From the human T2T-CHM13v2.0 reference genome, Homo sapiens: a DNA stretch of 64,000 nucleotides. A program made the translations under genes and the position numbers. The stretch is taken from the NCBI RefSeq assembly GCF_009914755.1, contig NC_060928.1; one strand, 5' to 3'. Under the pieces are notes generated by a model. The model was not told where the DNA came from and searched no databases. It was given only the letters and a program-made list of their open reading frames with translations. This document shows, in pieces, positions 60,291 through 64,000 of the stretch (positions are counted from its first letter, which is position 1; each line of letters begins with the position of its first letter).

Positions 60291-61111
60291 CACTGATGTA
60301 AGTCAGCTCTCCTATTGGGCCTGAGGGCAGACAGGTTAAATAACTAACCCAAGGCTATCACTAATTCAAGATTAACAAGTCTCCATTTCCTGACCAGGGC
60401 ACTTGCGGTTGTGTCGTGCAGATGCATTACCATCTGTGGCACATGCTCTGGGCTCCTATCCAATAGCCACCCCTGTCCTGCCCTCCATGCCCCTTTCCTT
60501 TTATTCCTTTCCATCAGTACCCTGTATTAATCAGGTATGGGGTATCCATGTGTTTCAGGGAAGGTTGAGTCCCTCCCAAGCTCCAGGGATTAAGATTAGG
60601 GTGTAGTGGATTGTAGATATCTGTCATGCATATGGCTGCTCATCATCTTTTGGATAACTTTTTTATATTTGGAGGAAATTGGGACATGCTACATACGTGG
60701 TGGTATTATAAATTCTGGTTTGTTCATGGATAATCCAGAATAGAAATTCACAGACTCCCTTGCAGCTAAGACACAATACAGACTCCATCTCTCAGACGCA
60801 CCTGTATAAGTCTTCAGTTGAGAAGGGAGCAGTGTGGGGAAATGGGCTCTGTTTGGCATTTCCATCTTTTACAGGCTTAAAGGAGTAATCAAGGTGTCTG
60901 GCTTTCAAGGGCTGCTGCATCAGAAGCATCAGTTTCTCTGTGGTCTCAAAGATGAATTCGTAGTGCAGAAGAAGCACAGGTTGGGGGCAGCAGTTTCCTC
61001 TGGTGCTCAGTGGATGGAATCACTGGGGCTGCCTCCTCAGTAGGCCTGTTCTCAGGCATCGTTTAGAGACTTTGTTGATGGAAGTCTACCTTCCGGCAAA
61101 GTGTTCAGTCC

Positions 61112-61486
61112 TGATATGGTTAGGCTTTGTGTCCCCACACAAATCTCATCTTGAATTGTAATCCTCACAATCCCCATATGTCAAGGGTGGGACCAGGTGG
61201 AGGTAATTGTATCATGGAGATGGTTTCCCCCAAGCTGTTCTTGTGATAGTGAGTTCTCATGAGATCTGATAGTTTTATAAACATCTGGCGTTTCCCTTGC
61301 TTGCACTTCTCCTTGCTGCCACCTTGTGAAGCAGGTACCTTGCTTCCCTTTCTCCTTCTGCCACAATTGTAAGTTTCCTGAGGCCTTCCCAGTCATGCTG
61401 AACTGTGAGTCAATTAAACCTCCTTCCTTTATAAATTACCCAGTCCCAGACAGCTTTTTATAGCAGTATGAAAACAGACTAACACA
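61112..61486 (+). mobile_element. THE1D-like MaLR solo LTR
   Basis: tgatatggttaggctttgtgtcccca...gagtcaattaaacc...cagactaacaca. TSD ag(t/g)cc. Confidence 0.88.
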
Positions 61487-61529
61487 AGGCCCTCCACCAA
61501 ATAATGAGAGCTTTCTAGTATTTGTTTAA

Positions 61530-62530
<1,001 letters not shown>

Positions 62531-62569
62531 GCCACTATCTTTTAAAGAAAACTGTCTTTATCAGCTAGA

Positions 62570-62990
62570 ATCAGCTTCTGAGGTCTACAGTGAAGAGATC
62601 TGACTAATTTATGTGGTGATTCCCTTCCTGAAAATGTACATGAGTACATTCTGGCCATTGAGATGTGATGGGAAGTTTGCCGGGAAACTTTTACAAAGGC
62701 CTCCCTCGCCCTTAGAATGTGCCCAAGGAGAGGAATTCTCTCTTCCAAACTTTGGATGTTGTTGCATGAAGATAGGATATTTGCAGCTGCTATGGCCATC
62801 ATGCAACCATGAGGGGACACACTGAGGACAAAGGCTAAAGCATAGGGGATGGCAGAGCCAAAGAGGGAAGAACTGAGGGTACATGAAGATGTCAGTAGGC
62901 ATCTAACTTAATCCAGGAAATGCACTTCTCCAAAACTTTTTATGTGAGGTAAATATTTATTCAAGGGTTCTCACTTGGTTTTATGACATG
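62570..62990 (+). mobile_element. MLT1J/K-like LTR fragment
   Basis: ttctggccattgagatgtga, gcagctgctatggccatc, gatggcagagc. Confidence 0.55.
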
Positions 62991-62995
62991 GCACT

Positions 62996-63359
62996 TGTTT
63001 TTGTCTGTTCTCATGCTGCTAATAAAGACATACCTAAGACTGGGTAATTTATAAAGAAAAAGAGGTTTAATGGACTCACAGTTCCACTTGGTGGGGCAGG
63101 CCTCACAATCATGGTGGAAGGCAAAGGAGGAGCAAAGTCACATCTTACATGGTGGCAGGCAAGAGAGAGAGCATGTGCAGAGGAACTCCCCTTTATAAAA
63201 CCATCAGATCTTGTGAGACTTATTCACTGTCATGAGAACAGCATGAGAAAGACTTGCCCTCATGATTCAGTTACCTCCCACTGGGTCCCTCCCACAACAG
63301 GTGGGAATTATGGGAGCTACAATTCCAGATTTGGGTGGGGACACAGCCAAATCATATCA
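62996..63359 (-). mobile_element. THE1B/C MaLR solo LTR
   Basis: gttctcatgctgctaataaagacatac...gatttgggtggggacacagccaaatcatatca. Confidence 0.9.
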
Positions 63360-64000
63360 CTGCTCATAGATAATGTTTGCATGATGATAATGTTTGCATG
63401 TCACACTGGCATAGGTGCACTGTGGAAGTTTATACTATACAATTAAGTTAGGAAAAGTAAAATGCAAATTACTAGGGAATATTTAGAATACAGAATTTCT
63501 ATAAAATTTCCAACTAAAATTTCAAAAATTTCAAATTTCCTTAATGAGGAACTTGAGCTGCTTGCATCTGTGAATACAACATAACTAAATCAGAGATTTA
63601 TGCTTGAAATGGCTACCTGAAATTACTGATGAAAATTTTTGATGATGATAGCTTCAAATACTTGAATATGACTGTCAACATGAAACTGCAAAAGTAAGAA
63701 GTTAAACATTTAAAAACTATTAAAATATATAATTGTTGAAATATATTTGACAAGTTCAATAACTAATTTTTCTCTCATTAATTTAATGCTAAAATTTCTT
63801 ATATCAATGCAAGTGAATTTCTCATCTAATGTAATTTTATACATCAAATATGTCAAAACAATTTAAAATTCTAATTTATAGATTCACTATTAAAATAGGG
63901 ACACTACAGCTAGCTCAGATGCCACTAAATGGTAATATCAGCTATAAAAGGACATAAGTGTCTAATGTACGTAAAGGCAAATGTTAGCACCACCATCTGG

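Noticed and set aside
63420-63960. AT-rich stretch, possibly an old DNA-transposon remnant
   Set aside because: No terminal repeats or motifs that I could identify with confidence.

Overview
This is primate genomic DNA (hominoid, probably human), from a repeat-dominated intergenic or intronic region. I see no credible protein-coding gene, tRNA, rRNA or CRISPR array. The recognisable ORFs are decayed L1 ORF1/ORF2 pieces or chance frames in Alu, LTR and low-complexity DNA. The window holds about 16 Alu/FLAM copies, L1PA and several L1M fragments, L2 and MIR relics, many LTRs (an MLT1F-like LTR-int-LTR, MER21, MER34, MER52, three LTR12s, MLT1B/J/K, MER41A, LTR41, MSTD, MER11, two THE1) and DNA transposons (MER5, MER1A, Tigger2). 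Repeat subfamily names and many boundaries come from recalled consensus sequences and need RepeatMasker/Dfam confirmation. The most notable observations are: a non-repeat CpG-rich element with a perfect DR5 (AGGTCA-N5-AGGTCA) nuclear-receptor site at about 34.2 kb; an LTR12 nested in another LTR12; two independent tailless U2 snRNA 5'-fragment retrocopies; a 25-nt orphan poly(A) retro-insertion with TSDs; an L1 fragment lacking both ends and TSDs that joins two truncated LTRs; a 52-bp locally templated copy; and a fold-back plus micro-inversion inside MER1A. I cannot support a new multi-gene biological system from this sequence.
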